From: Cycas panzhihuaensis
Taxonomy: Eukaryota; Plantae; Cycadophyta
NCBI GenBank assembly: GCA_023213395.1
Contig: CM041465.1
Span: 125,309,741-125,373,740, forward strand
DNA: 64,000 nt
Direction: 5' to 3'
How positions within the stretch are numbered: the stretch's first letter is position 1; each line of letters starts with the position of its first letter. Made by a program: the position numbers and the translations under genes. The notes beneath the pieces are model-generated. The model was not told the origin of the DNA and did no database searches. It was given only the letters and a program-made list of their open reading frames with translations. Positions 24,151-37,391 of this stretch are shown piece by piece.

Positions 24151-24659
24151 TGCTTTGTTAAAAAAAGGAATGGTTCTGACCATAAGTCACAACCATTCCC
24201 CAAAAGGCATGGAAATTGGCATTTATCAGTCATTTTTCCACCATTTTGGTCAAGGGTCAAGTTCAATAACCAAGTGTCATCTTTCCTAGTGTCATGGACC
24301 GATATGGTCATTTTCCAATGATGTGAAGACATTGTACAAAGTGATGTTGCTTAATTAAATCAAAATTACATGTAAAACATTATGCAATCTTCTGATGTGT
24401 TTCTTTGATGAGTATGATGGTGATGATATGAGATCGTTAAGATGTCATAGTAATCATACATGGAATGGCTATGATAATAAGTGGATGTTATGATGTTATT
24501 ATGATTATGTGGATACATTTATGAGTATGTGTGCATGGTTCTAATTGTGAATGAATGATCATTATGTTGAGAACATTCCTAAGAAGACTGCACAGAAGGG
24601 GCTTTTGACTATAAGTAACTAGCGACCAAGAGTAAATCAGCAAAGGATCCACTCATTTA

Positions 24660-25277
24660 GAAGGCATTAACTATGAGGAGAGTGTTGCTCCCATGGAAAA
24701 TTTGATCACAATGCGTACCATGATTACCCTAGGTACTTTGTTCAGATGGAATATCTATCAGATGGATGTCAAAAGTGCCTTTTTGAATGGAGATTTTAAA
24801 AAAGAGATCTATATGGAACAACCCCTTAAATTCATCAATCATAAGAAAGCTTTGTATGGCTTAAAACAAGCCCCCAGAGCATGGTACAACAAGTTAGACC
24901 AATACCTAAAAAAATATAATTTCATAAAAGTGAATCTAATTCAAGCCTTTACATAAAGACTAGTAATATTGCTTTCCTCACCATCATAGTTGTTTATGTA
25001 AATGGTCTACTTGTTATAGGAAATAATAATATAGGCATCGAGCTTTTGGAAGAAAATCTAATGAAAACATTTAAGATGACAGATATGGGAATGCTACAAT
25101 ATTACTTGAAAGTGGAAGTAAAGCAAGAAAAAGGCAAAAATTTCTTAGCTCAAGCCAAGTATACAAAGGAACTATTGATCAAACTCAAAATGGCCAATTG
25201 CAAACCTGTTACAACTCCCATGGGAACCGAATGTAAGCTAACTATAGAAGATCGAAGCCATTTGGTTGATGAAACAT
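24660..25277 (+). pseudogene. Copia reverse transcriptase remnant
   Basis: YQMDVKSAFLNGD...KALYGLKQAPRAWY...FKMTDMGMLQYYL. Cut by the LTR at 25278. Confidence 0.92.
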
Positions 25278-26210
25278 TGTAGCATTCCCAAAAAAATAAA
25301 GGAGGAAGTCGGTTTTATAAGAGGGATTTATTATGGTGAAGTTGGTTTTTAGAATTAAAAGAAGAATCATTTATTTTGTTTTATTATGAAGTCAATTTTT
25401 TTGGAGGGAAAAATAATAGATTGGTTTTGAAGGCTATAAATAGAGCAACCTCCCTCATTTGTAAGTCAATGTTGGAGAATTTTTGTTATGGTTGGTATAA
25501 TGGCCTTGTGCCATTAGGGCCTCGTGATTGTTGAAGGATTGCACCCGCCTCAAAGAGGGTTGCTACTATTGAGTTTTTGTACCAGGTTCTATTATAAATT
25601 TATGATCATTTTCTACTATTATCTATCCATGCTTGGATGTTATACTGCATAGGCCCATTGAATAATATTTTATGAGCACATACTACTGTAAATATATGGT
25701 ATCTGTTGTGAACTTTTGTGAATATTGTCGTTATCTGTTGGAAATTTGTTTCTTGCTTGTTGTTCATCCAAAGGGCCTGCTACAATTGGTATTAGAGCCG
25801 GTGATTGATTCTGTTACCAACCATTGAGGCCACTGAGCGATAAAGAGTATTACCAGGCCTTAATGATTCATTGCCTTGTGAAGGTTTGTCCTACATCCTA
25901 GTCCATACGATTATGGATAGAGACAACATACTCTCCTTGCAGAGACCCATAGAGGCAAGCCATGTAGTGGTCAAGCACAGACCCTGATTTGAATCACTCG
26001 GGCAATTGAACGATATCGAGGTAGAGGCAACATATCCCTGGGAAGGGGCAACTTGACCATCGTGGGTGCAAGTATGTGCAAACGAACGAGGATACAACTC
26101 CGAAGGCGAGCGAGTGATTCGTAAAAATAATCTGAACGGCGACGGAAGTCAATTACCAATACAATACAAGAAAAACAACGAGCAAATTCCATCGTGAGCA
26201 CGTGATTCCA
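25278..26210 (+). mobile_element. 5' LTR (25278-25784), PBS (25787-25798) and leader of a chromovirus-related element, truncated
   Basis: TGTAGCATTCC...GCTACA, then TGGTATTAGAGC. LTR related to 2161-2664 and 53073-53648. Confidence 0.85.
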
Positions 26211-29200
26211 ATCGAAAACTACAAACCTAAAGAGCTAGAACAAACTATCGATCTTCATTGAGTTGGATCAACTGCAATTCTGGATCATCTAATCGACAAA
26301 CTAGAGTAATTCTCAAACTAGGTATCTAAAATTCAATTGGGAGTATAGCTTCAATACAATATACTAGCTTAAATGGGTTGTATCCTGTGGCGTGCTTGTA
26401 GGTAGTGCAAAATGGCCATAAAACTGATGGTAGCTTTTCTGCCCAATCGGATCTCCCGATGTTGCATACTTTTCGTAAGTAGTTCTCCAATATCTTATTT
26501 GAACTTTCTGCTTGTCCATTCACACGCGGATAATATGGCGTGGATTTATGATGTGTAATCATAAAAGTTTCCATAAGTTGTTTTATTACTTCATTGAGGA
26601 AATGAGCTCCTTGGTTGCTAATCAACTTAATGGGGCATCCAAATCTGGTAATAATTGCTTCATAAAGGAATCTGACTGTGCTAATTGAATCAACTTTCCT
26701 TAATGGCCAGGCCTCTACCCATTTTGTTGCATAGTTAGTTGCTACTAGGATGTGACGTGCTTGGGTTCGTCTGGCTGCTGGTTTGATAGGTCCGAGAAAA
26801 TCAAGGCCCCATTTTTCAAATGGTGCCAATGGAAGAATTGGATTTAGGGGATTGAAGTCTTTTTCATCGAGCTTTCCCACTCTTTGACAATAGTCACATC
26901 TTTTTATCCAGCTTTTACGTCCTCGAACATGGTTGGACACCAAAAACCTGCGGTTAAGAATTTTCGTTGTGTATTCTTTGTTCCTGCGTGTCCTCCAGCC
27001 ACACCCTCGTGAGCTTGAGATATTACTTGATTTATTTCATGCAGACAAATGCATCGTCATAGGATATCATCGAGTCCTAACTGATATAATTCTTCCCCGA
27101 TTAATTGGTAGGGTTCTGCTTTTCGTACCAAATTCCGTTTTTGTGTCTTGTCCATAGTTGGTGGACACTATCTCATAACCAAGAATTCTGTTATATCTTG
27201 ATACCATTCCACAGGGACGGATTCTATGCTAAAAAGTGTTGCATCTGGAAAATCGTCTAGAATTCCCACAGCTTTTTCACCATTATGAATTCTAGAGAGT
27301 TGATTGGGAATGTATGGGCTTTTCCAGGTTTCACCACAATCCGAAAGGTAAACTCTTGGAATAACATTAACCAACGACTGATTTGTCCTCTTAATATTGG
27401 TTTATTTACTAAATACATGAGCGCTTGATGGTCCACATAGAATATAAAAGGGTTTGCAAGCAAGTAATGGCGGAATTTTTGTAGTGTATAAACCATCCCG
27501 AGTCCTTCTCTTTCTGTTGTTGTATAATTTTGCTCGGCTTTAGTTAATTTTTTACTAGTAAAGTATATAGGTCAGTCTAGACCCTTATCTCCTGGTTATG
27601 CCAGAACACACCTAATGGCGTACTAAGAAGCATCTACGTCCACATGGAATATTTTATTCCAATCAAGAAAACGTAGTACTGGAGCTGATGCTATGCCGCG
27701 TTTTAGGGTTTCAAAGGACTTTGGTTGTTCTGGCCCCCATTGCCATTCTATTTCTTTCTTTAGAAGATCTTCCAATGGTCCTGCTATTTGTGCATATCCT
27801 TTTACAAATTTCTGATAATATCTTGTTAATCCCAGAAATCCTTTCAATTGTTTTTTATTCTGGGGTTGAGGAAAATGCAATATAGTTGCGACCTTAATAG
27901 GAACGATCATTAATCCTTGCTTGCTTACCACATGGCCGAGGAGGTTTCCAAAGGGTACCAAAAATGTACATTTTTCTGGATTTAAACATAATTGATTTTC
28001 TCTATAGGTTTGCAACATTGTTCTTAGATTCTCCATATGATTTTTCATCACTCCATATAAGGTCCAGTTGTCCAGAAAGACTGCTACTGTTTTCCCAAAT
28101 AACTTTTTGAATATATTTAATACAATGCATTGGAAAGTTGTTGGGGCATTTGTAAGGCCAAAGGGCATCATACGGTATGCATATGTTCCCCATTCAGTTA
28201 TGAACGTGGTTTTATGCTGATCTTCTGGGGTAATACTTACCTAGTTGTACCCGCTAAATCCATCCGTAAAAGAGTAAACCTCTTTCCCTTCTATAGTTTC
28301 TAAAATCTCTTCTGTAAAGGGAATGGGAAAAGGATCCTTTTTAGTAACTTTATTTAAGTGTCGGTAGTCTACACAAACTCGAATTTTTCCGTTCTTCTTC
28401 GGTACAACCACAACAAGGCTAACTCAATCACTGTATTCAATCTCGTATATGTACCCTACATCCAACATTTTGTCTAATTCTGCTTTTACTTTCTTTTTGT
28501 ATCACGGATTCATTCTATAAGGCCTTTGCTTCACCGGTTTTGCTCCTTCAATGAGATCTATGTGGTGCATCCCGATTTCAAGAGGGATTCCCTTCAAGTC
28601 TTTATAAGACCAAGCAAAAACATCTTGATATTCGTCAAATAATGCTTGGGCTTCTGCCACTGTCTTTTCATCCCAATAATTGCCAATCGTAATGTTTTTA
28701 GGGTTTGCATCAGTCCCAAGGTTATTTGAGTTGTTTTGAGTTTTGCTTGTTGCTTCTCTTCTTCTTCTGAATAAGCAGATGTATTCTCTATCTCTGTTTG
28801 TTCATATCTTAGTTCTGTATATTCGGTGGGTAAGTGTTTGGCTTCCTTCTCTTCATAATCGTTGTCCTTTGTGTCACTAATGTTTTCAATTGACATTAAA
28901 TTCTTCTCTACTTTCCCACCTATATCCCTTATGTTTTTTAATAGTTTATTGATGGTTTGGTTGACAGACAAGTAGGAAAAAGCCTGGACAAATGAATGCC
29001 CAATCTCCTCCCATGTTACTTGCCAGAGTTGTTCCTATTTTAGGAACCATTTTCTTGCTAGGGTTCCTAGGGTGTGGATAAAAAGATGGGCCCAATGTGA
29101 CTTGGGAATGCTCCATTGTTTCCATAATCTTTTACATCTTAGAAGGTGCTTATTTGAACATTCCTCTATTAAAAAACCTGAAATAATCAAGTGTTGAGGT

Positions 29201-32200
29201 ACATCAAACCTTAACCTAAAGGCTGATTGTAGGTTTTCCCAAGTCTATAGGTTATGATGATGAGCTATGTCCCACCACCAAGCGTTTTCCTTAAGGGATA
29301 TTACGAAATCAAGTACCCATTATTGTTTATTTATGATCTTGTGTTGTAACCAATGTTCCATACATTGGATTAAGTGTTTTGTACCTTCCATCCTCTTTCT
29401 TGAGAACGTAGGTATTTGGTTTTGCCCAACAGACTTATCTTCTGATATAAATTCTATGGGATGATCCTTATTTGTAATTTTTTGTAAGCTATTCTCTATG
29501 CTGGGAAGATTTGTTGGAAGAGAATTGGATGAGTTTAAGGGAAACTTCTGATTGGAAGTAGAATGTTCCATCTCGACCCATTGGGCTTCGGTGGAAGGTT
29601 TTGGAGGGATACCCCTAGAGTCGAAAGGAAAATTGGCCAGATCTCCCAATTCGCTTATGGGGCTGAAGAGTGGGGTTATGGGAGCAAGGGAGGAATGGAG
29701 GAATGGAGAGGAGAATGAGAGGTTGTGATTAGATGTACGTGGACTTTATGTTTTATTTGAAATTCAACTCTAACTATATTATGTTTTAATCATTTTTCAT
29801 AATTTTCAGCACATATATAATCCAAATTATTATTATTTAGTTTATTGTCAATTGAAGCATATTTGGACAAAAAATTACAACGAAAGGAATAGGGTTGCAT
29901 TTCATATGCATCGTCCATCCAATATTGAATCATATGGTTGGTTTCATTCTCATCAGATGATGCTTCGGATGGTAATTCCCCATATACATTTGGTTCATAC
30001 TCCTAGGCATTGTTCATGTGGCTAGTCTCCTCTGTCGTGTGGTATAGATTAGCTTCATCGAATGTAGAAGAAGTTTCTTGAGTGGCAATTGTTGTACTGG
30101 ATGTTATATCTGGAATGACTTCTACCGTATATTTCCCTTTTGCCAACATAGGGAGGACAACTTTGTTTCCCCCATCCGTGAGGGTAAATGTTACATCCTT
30201 CCAGCTTTGTAAGCACTCGGTTTGATATAACCACAGTCTCCCTAGTAGTGTTGGATAGGTAACCATGTCTTTCACAATGTCCATGATCGTAAAATCAATT
30301 GGAACGATGATACTGGCCACATTCACTTGGATATTTTCTAGTCGCCCTACTAGTTTGACTAATAGTTTGTTAGCCAATTTTAATGAATAGTTAGTTGATG
30401 CTAATCGAGGGCTCCCAAGTTTTTTCCATGTTTGGGTTGGTAGGACATTCACTGCTGCTCCTCCATCCATGATGACATTCTTGAGATTAATTCCAAAAAT
30501 GCCAATATCCACTGAGGGATCCAAATCACAAGATGGTTTGATTTTATTCAAACTTCTGTAAGCTTTCTTTGGGTGTATTTTCTCTTCTTTGATCCATTCG
30601 ATGACCTTCCCTAATGGGATGGTTAAATTTAGTTGATTCACCAGATCTTCCATTAGTAATAACTTTTGTAGGAATCCTTCCATTTTAGGGTTCCCTCTTG
30701 GGTTTTCTTGCATAGTTGGTTCCTGTATTTTCTTGTTCTTTCTTCTGTATACTTGTTTAACTTCTGGCCTCCCTAGGGGTAACGATTTGAGTCCTTCTTC
30801 CTGTGCGGCTTCTTCTAATGCTTTCTTCACAATGGCAAAGTGATCAATTTCTATCTTAGGGTTAGGATAATCATCTTCGTTTCTTCGATTCTGTAAGTTA
30901 ACATTTTTTGGAAATTCGGGTATGATTGTTACTCTATTTAAGGCCTTGCCCTTGCCCTTGCATTCTTCAATAGTATGAGTGCTTGGACCACAATTCTTGC
31001 ACAAGTATGGGCACTCTTTCTGAATCTTTGTTATTGGACAATCTGACTTCCAGTGTCCATACTCCAAACATATCAAACATCTGCCCAGTAGAGGTATTTT
31101 CCTTGGGTTTTTTGGTTGGGTTCGGGTTGTGTATATTGTACGAGTGTTCATATTGTTTCTTCCTTGCCCTCTCCCCCGGGTGTTGGAACCTCTAGTGTTA
31201 AAATAACAATCAGGTGTGTTGTGTGTTCCTTGGTCGCAGATATGGCACCAAGCGTTTTGTTTTCGATTCCTTGCATTACATTAACATTCCTTGGTGCTAT
31301 GGGTGCTTTCTTCACAAATACAGCACCATTTTTCTATCAGAGGTTCTTTTCCTCGATGTGTTTCGGAATATTCCCTAGAATTGTCTTACTGTAATTTTAG
31401 CTTGACTACTTCTTTCCTTAAGGCTTCTACCTCCGTGCTTTCTTCTGTTTTTGTCATTTGGAAGAGAGGTCTATTCAAATTCTAGGTTTTTAGCTCATTA
31501 ATCTCCTCTTGCAATCTCATCACAAAAGGGTCATATGCTATCCTCTTCGTGTCTATCTCTTTTTCGAAATCCAAAGCCAACTCCTGCGGATGCTTATATG
31601 ATTTCAATTAGTGGGATGCCATTGCATTCCTTAGCTTAATGTTTAATGAAAAAAGTGTGCATGCTTAAATCCGCAATTTTCTCATTGGTGGTCATAGCGG
31701 CAGCAATCATGTCTATTCTGTTGATATAGGTCAAAACTGACTCTCTGGGTTTCTATTGGATTTCTTTCAATGCTAATTCGATGATATCATTGTTTCTATA
31801 CTTTAGAAATCTTGTTTCAAACTCTTTTTTGATTTCACTCCATGATTTATTCTGGTCTAGTTGCTTGTACCATGCCAATGGTACGCCTCTTAGTGAGTAT
31901 GCGAATCTTTCTTTGATTTCATCCTCATTCGTAATCTTCTCAAGATTAATCAATCTTTGGAATAAATAGATATGTTCTGCAGCGTCGGTTGAGTCATCGA
32001 AGATGAGTTTCCCAAACTCCCCCCTATGATGCGCCATTGTAAACTTATCTTTCTCTTCTTTCTTAGGTGGAACTGTTATCTTTTCTTCGAAGAACTTCTT
32101 ATAGTCTCCTTGGTGGTGTTTCTTCCCTACTATTCTCCTTCCCGAACAAAGGATTGCGTATTAGTGATTTCAATTGAATTATCCCCGGTACTCCTGGTAT

Positions 32201-32455
32201 TTCTGCTGCTACCAAAGTTGTTATTATATATGACTGATCTCTATTTCCCTCTGGTGGATCTTCAAAAAGTTGTCTGATTAAGTGGTTTTCCCAATGTGCC
32301 TGGGGACCTTCCTCTGCCTTTTCCTCGTTACCACTCAGGTCCTTCGGAGTAGAGTTCAAGCTTTGTTCCGTTTCAGGATTATTAGTTTCTTCGTCCTCTT
32401 GTTTCATCTCCTTCCCTTCATTATAATATGTTCTTGGAGCAGGTGTGATTGACAT
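26210..32455 (-). mobile_element. Non-chromovirus gypsy family, copy 3, near-complete gag-PR-(extra capsid modules)-RT-RH-INT, no LTRs visible
   Basis: Gag EFGKLIFDDSTDAAEH...; protease IMDGGAAVNV; RT IRVCVDY...VFLDNW; RH VDVDAS...YVDHQAL...DDFPDATLF; INT FEKWGLDF...NGQAESSNK. No chromodomain or additional RNase H seen. Confidence 0.92.
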
Positions 32456-35400
32456 GGGCTAAAGTGACAAAAACATTAATACACAAGGTCAAGACTTAAT
32501 GCATAGGAATGAAGGTTCTAACACCCCCCTTGAATGGATACAACATTAAGTCAAATGCCGATGCCGTTTCTGAAATGTTCAAACTTCTCTTCCCAAGTGG
32601 TGAAGATGTTGGTGTTGATCGGTCGGTTGAAATATCCCAGGAGGTTGATCCATATGTACCTCCTTTGTCGAATCACTGTTGACGCCGTGGACATTCATAT
32701 GAAACGATGGCCACTTGCATTGTGCAACTATTTGAGAAGATGACCACTTGCATTGTGCAACTGTTCAAGAAGATGGCCACTTTTTGTCTGTACATGCCTC
32801 CTCAAAAGTGGAAGGCTCAGGAGCAGTAAGCACTTTAGCCATAAGTACGTAGTTAACAGTGGGCGATGGCCGCAATTTGGATGGTCATTTTCCTTCAACA
32901 ATTTGTGAATCTGCAATAGTTTGCATGTACCATTTGGGTATCTTCTTCGTCGATGTAGCTTCATTGTCCTGTGATGTAAGTGATTGCTGAACCTCAGAAG
33001 AAGAAGGACACAATGAAGGTACTAAGGAAGATGATGAGGAAGAAGAAGCGGCTGGTGCAGATGAAGTACAAGGTGTTGAGAAAGATGAAGGGACAAATTC
33101 TTCAAGAATGGCTTTGCCTTTATCAAGGGAGAGATAAGGAATCTTGACGTCGATCTCCCTATTGTCTTCTGCAAAGACAACGTCTCATGAAGTATGCATC
33201 TTTTTGGTAAGAGGATCAAACAAGCGATATGCCTTACTACTAGGAGCATATCCAACAAAGATGCATTTGAGACTTTTGTCGTCGAATTTCAAACGTTACT
33301 CATGAGGAATGTTCATATAGGCCGTGCATCCAAAAGTTCGTAAGTGATGTTGTTGGCTTCAGTCATCCAGCCTCCTCGTGTCATACCCGAAAGTGAGAAG
33401 TTGAGTGCGATTTGACTGTACGCAGTGTCACGCTTCTGCCCAATATGATAATGAGAGACCTTTGGCACGGATCATAGCTTTTGCTCTACTGACCAAGGTT
33501 TTGTTCATTCTTTCTGCTATACCATTCTACTGTGGTGTGTAAGGGGCAGAAAATTGGCATTGATGCCATTTTGAATACAGAATTGATTAAAGTCCTTGGA
33601 CGTATACTCACCTCCATTATCTGTTCGGAGTATTTTGATCTGCATGCCTGATTCATTTTTAACCGCAAGTTTAAATTCCTTAAACTTGTTCAAAGCTTCT
33701 GACTTATGCTTTAGAAAGTAGACCCACACCTTATGTGAGAAATCATCAATGAATGTCATGAAGAATGATGATCCTCCATGAGACTGAGTGGTCATGGGAC
33801 CACAAATGTCAGAATGTACAAGCTGAAGTCGGTGTTGTGCTCTCCAGGCCTTACCTTTTTCAAAAGGTTCTCGATGTTGCTTCCCCATAAGACATGATTC
33901 GCAAAGGCAATTACCCCCAAAAATTTTGGGTAAGCCATAAACCAAGTTGTGTTTGAACATCTCTCTGATGCTATCAAGATTAAGATGTCCAAGTCTTTCA
34001 TGCCACAGTTGAGTCTTATTGATAGAATGGGAGACATATGCATGAGAAGATCCAGATGTTGTGCCTAATTTGTAGAGGCCACGATCTTCATGACCAACTG
34101 CAACAATCTAGTCATCTTTGTTCATGATAATACACTTTCTGTCTTTGAATAGCACACTCATCTATTGCTTATCAAGTTGACTGACAGATGAATAAAAGCG
34201 AGTGCAACCTCATCTTTAGCTTTGAAACAAGCTAATGCAACAGGATCTGCTGGAATCAAATTTTGAGGATTAACAGGATCAAGAGTGGGCTCTGGTTTGG
34301 CGATTTCACCTGATACATAACCCCACAATTCATTCATAATCAAGAAATTTTTTGCTTGCTTCTTCCAAGTGAGATAATTTTCAGCACCTGTCAATTTAAC
34401 GGTGTTTGCATTTAGCATATGAGTCGCCATTTTGATTGCAATACCAAATGAAACTTGGAAACCGTTGAGTTGACGCCGCTTAAGTTCCACTCAATATCCA
34501 ACAAAAAAATCAGTACGAGACTGAAAAAATTTGTGGACGGAATGGAGGGCTTGGCTTGCAAGTTCGTCTAACCTGATAGTAAGATTAGTATTGACCAAGT
34601 TATCAACACTTTGAGGCAGAGTATGAACTCTTTTCGAGCCTCCCCACTTAAGTGTTTTAATGAATAAAAGTGGGTTGATTTTAGTGCTAAAAAACGTGTG
34701 CTTGAAGGCCTGTTTGTTGCTGATAAACTTTGTCAAAAAATGCTCCAAGTTACAATATAGTTGCGTTGATTATCAAGTGATGCAACTAAGTTCAAAATAG
34801 CAATCTCATAAAGAGATAAACAACAGCAAAAACACCACAATTTAATGCCTTCAATCAAGCCAATAATGAAGTAAGTCCACGAAGAACACCTGGGATCGAA
34901 AAAATGATCCCCACGCACTAAACATTTGCAGCTTTTTATTGATCTTTGTCCTCCTTTTTTTGATTCTCACTAAAAATGGGTCACCTCGCAGGGAGCCCAG
35001 TGAGAAGAAAGACCTTTAAATGGTACAAATTTGAGGGTTAAACAAGCCAAAGTGATGGTGTTTGAATCACCAAAAATACAACTTAAGAGATTTGTATAAA
35101 CTAGTGTGATTAACACACTTTAAAAATTTTGAAATTCATCCTTTATTGAAGTCAAGAATAATGACTTAAGTCACCAAAGGACTTGTTGTCATTAAAATGA
35201 GTAATTTTTCAAAAAAAGGTAATAAAATCACTTTAGAATAGTGATTTTATATTCAAAATGATAATTGCAAATTTTTTTATGTCTATTAGTGTGCTTTACA
35301 CACTAAACAAAGTGTTAAAGAGTGTTTACAACTTGAAATAAGATAAAGTTTAAATACTTAACACAAACTTTAGAAGACTAAAGTTTAAAAAAGAAAATTA

Positions 35401-37391
35401 AGAATAGAATATGCTTTAAGCATATTATATATATTATAATACAAAGTTTTGAATTTTTATATATTTCAAACTTGATTGTATCGAAACGGCAGCGACGAAC
35501 AAATGTTTACCAGGGCGTTTCCCGTGGGTGGAATCTACGGGTGCCGCCGGATAAAGAGCAGTCGGGCGCCACCCTTCGAGCCACGGCAATCAAGATCGGG
35601 TGCCGTCGTATTGCTGGTCGTCACGGAGTGAGACACCACCGATGGAGCCGTGTAGGTCGTAGCCATAAGAGAAGCGCAGGTAACACGAAGAGACGAAAGC
35701 CAGAAATTGTTGAACAGAGGACGGCCCATTGTTTGATAGAGACATGGAGCTGCCAATGGAAGCTGCAAGTACAGGCAATCCACGGAGAGACGAGTCAGGG
35801 GTGTTGAAGGCTGTGCACCACAAAGGCCTGATCATGAACGGAGCCACTAAACGAAGAAGCCACTAGGTGAGCCATGTGATGATACAAGAGCCACACAAGG
35901 TTGTATGGGACCTACAAATGAGCCACGAACATGCAAGAGAGAGCGCAGTGTTTCAAAGCCAAGGTGTGAGGCCCGTCAATTAACTCAAGAAAAATACTCA
36001 ATACAACCTCCACTAGATGTGTAATAACACAGAAGTTTGAGGGCAGACTGGATTTAACCCTTTTATAGCGCTTTTCAAGTTTGACAAACAAAACCACAGT
36101 GAATTGTTCAATAGCATGTGAATTCACTTACTAAAGACAGGTTGAGGAATGGCCATGAATCTGGTATTAACGAGAGCCATATGAAACAAATATTGTTTAT
36201 GAGATTAGATGCTAGAACTCCATATAGAAAACTATCATTAAAAGGCTCCAAGACAGATTTAATACAAATTCTCTTTTAATGAGAATAATTCAAGGTGAAT
36301 CACCTTTGTTAAGAATTTTTAACTCTGCAATAAAACCAAAAACAAACTTGGACAGCCACCACTTTTTCATTTGAACCTTCTCCTATTTTTTTAGGCAACA
36401 AGTGCAAATTTGAAACAAACTCTTGAAATAATTAATAATTTCAAGAATTATGTGTATATGACAGTTTTTTTACACATCAATGAGGCCCTTCTTCTTAAAA
36501 AAACTTCTTAAAACTGGTTGTGCACTTGACTTTGCCAACAAGTTGCAAAGATTGCAACACAACTTTGATCACAAAAAATTAGCTCCAAATTACCTGCAAA
36601 CTTAGTATCATTGTTCCTTTTCTGGCCACAAAATTAGTCCACCAAAAAGTGCAAATATCCAGCACTTTGCATCAAAGATTCTTAAAAAGAAATTGCAAGT
36701 CAAAAAATGTAAACAAAGTCCTTCAGGATTAAACTTCAAGAAATTACTCCTTGCTCCAACTAAATCACCTTCGTATGGCGAAGGCCATCACCAGATTTGG
36801 AGAAATTCGAAGCCACCAATCTGCTCCTCAATATGTCGTAGCTCTGATACCAAATTAAAAGACGAAATGGAGACAATACAGGAGCCAGAATCTATTGAGA
36901 AGCTAGAGGAGACATCGAAATATGAAGGACAATACACTTAGATTAAAGAAATGATGTAGTACAACATAAAAGATGATAGGGAGGAATATTGCACTTTAAC
37001 TCAACCTATCTCAATAACATGATTATGAAGGAGAATTCCTCTCAACACTTCACCTACAAGAAACACTTACAGCAGCATAACTCTTACTCAATACTAAATG
37101 CTAAAACATGAGAATAGGGCTCCTTATAAAGGAGTTTGGACGATCAGGATTTCTCCACATGTCATTGATCAACCCTAAGAGACAAATCTGATTAGGACTC
37201 TTCTATCTCCAAGGATAAGGATAGAGCCCACAAAAGTTGACTTCTCACAAGCACATGTGAGAAAAGTTACTACAAGACAAAAAATAATTTTATAATCCAA
37301 CAAATGAACACTTTAGGATAAAGGGCCTAAAGTGACAAAAATATTAATACACAAGGTCAAGACTTAATGCTTAGGAATGAAGGTTCTAACA
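32456..37391 (-). mobile_element. Multiply deleted Ty1/copia element
   Basis: 5' LTR ~36853-37391, PBS 36841-36852, ~2.4 kb leader, gag start 34430 (KLTGAENYLTW), integrase VHSDICGP...LRTDNGGEY. RT/RH reduced to scraps, PPT 32524-32531, 3' LTR cut to 32456-32523. Confidence 0.9.
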
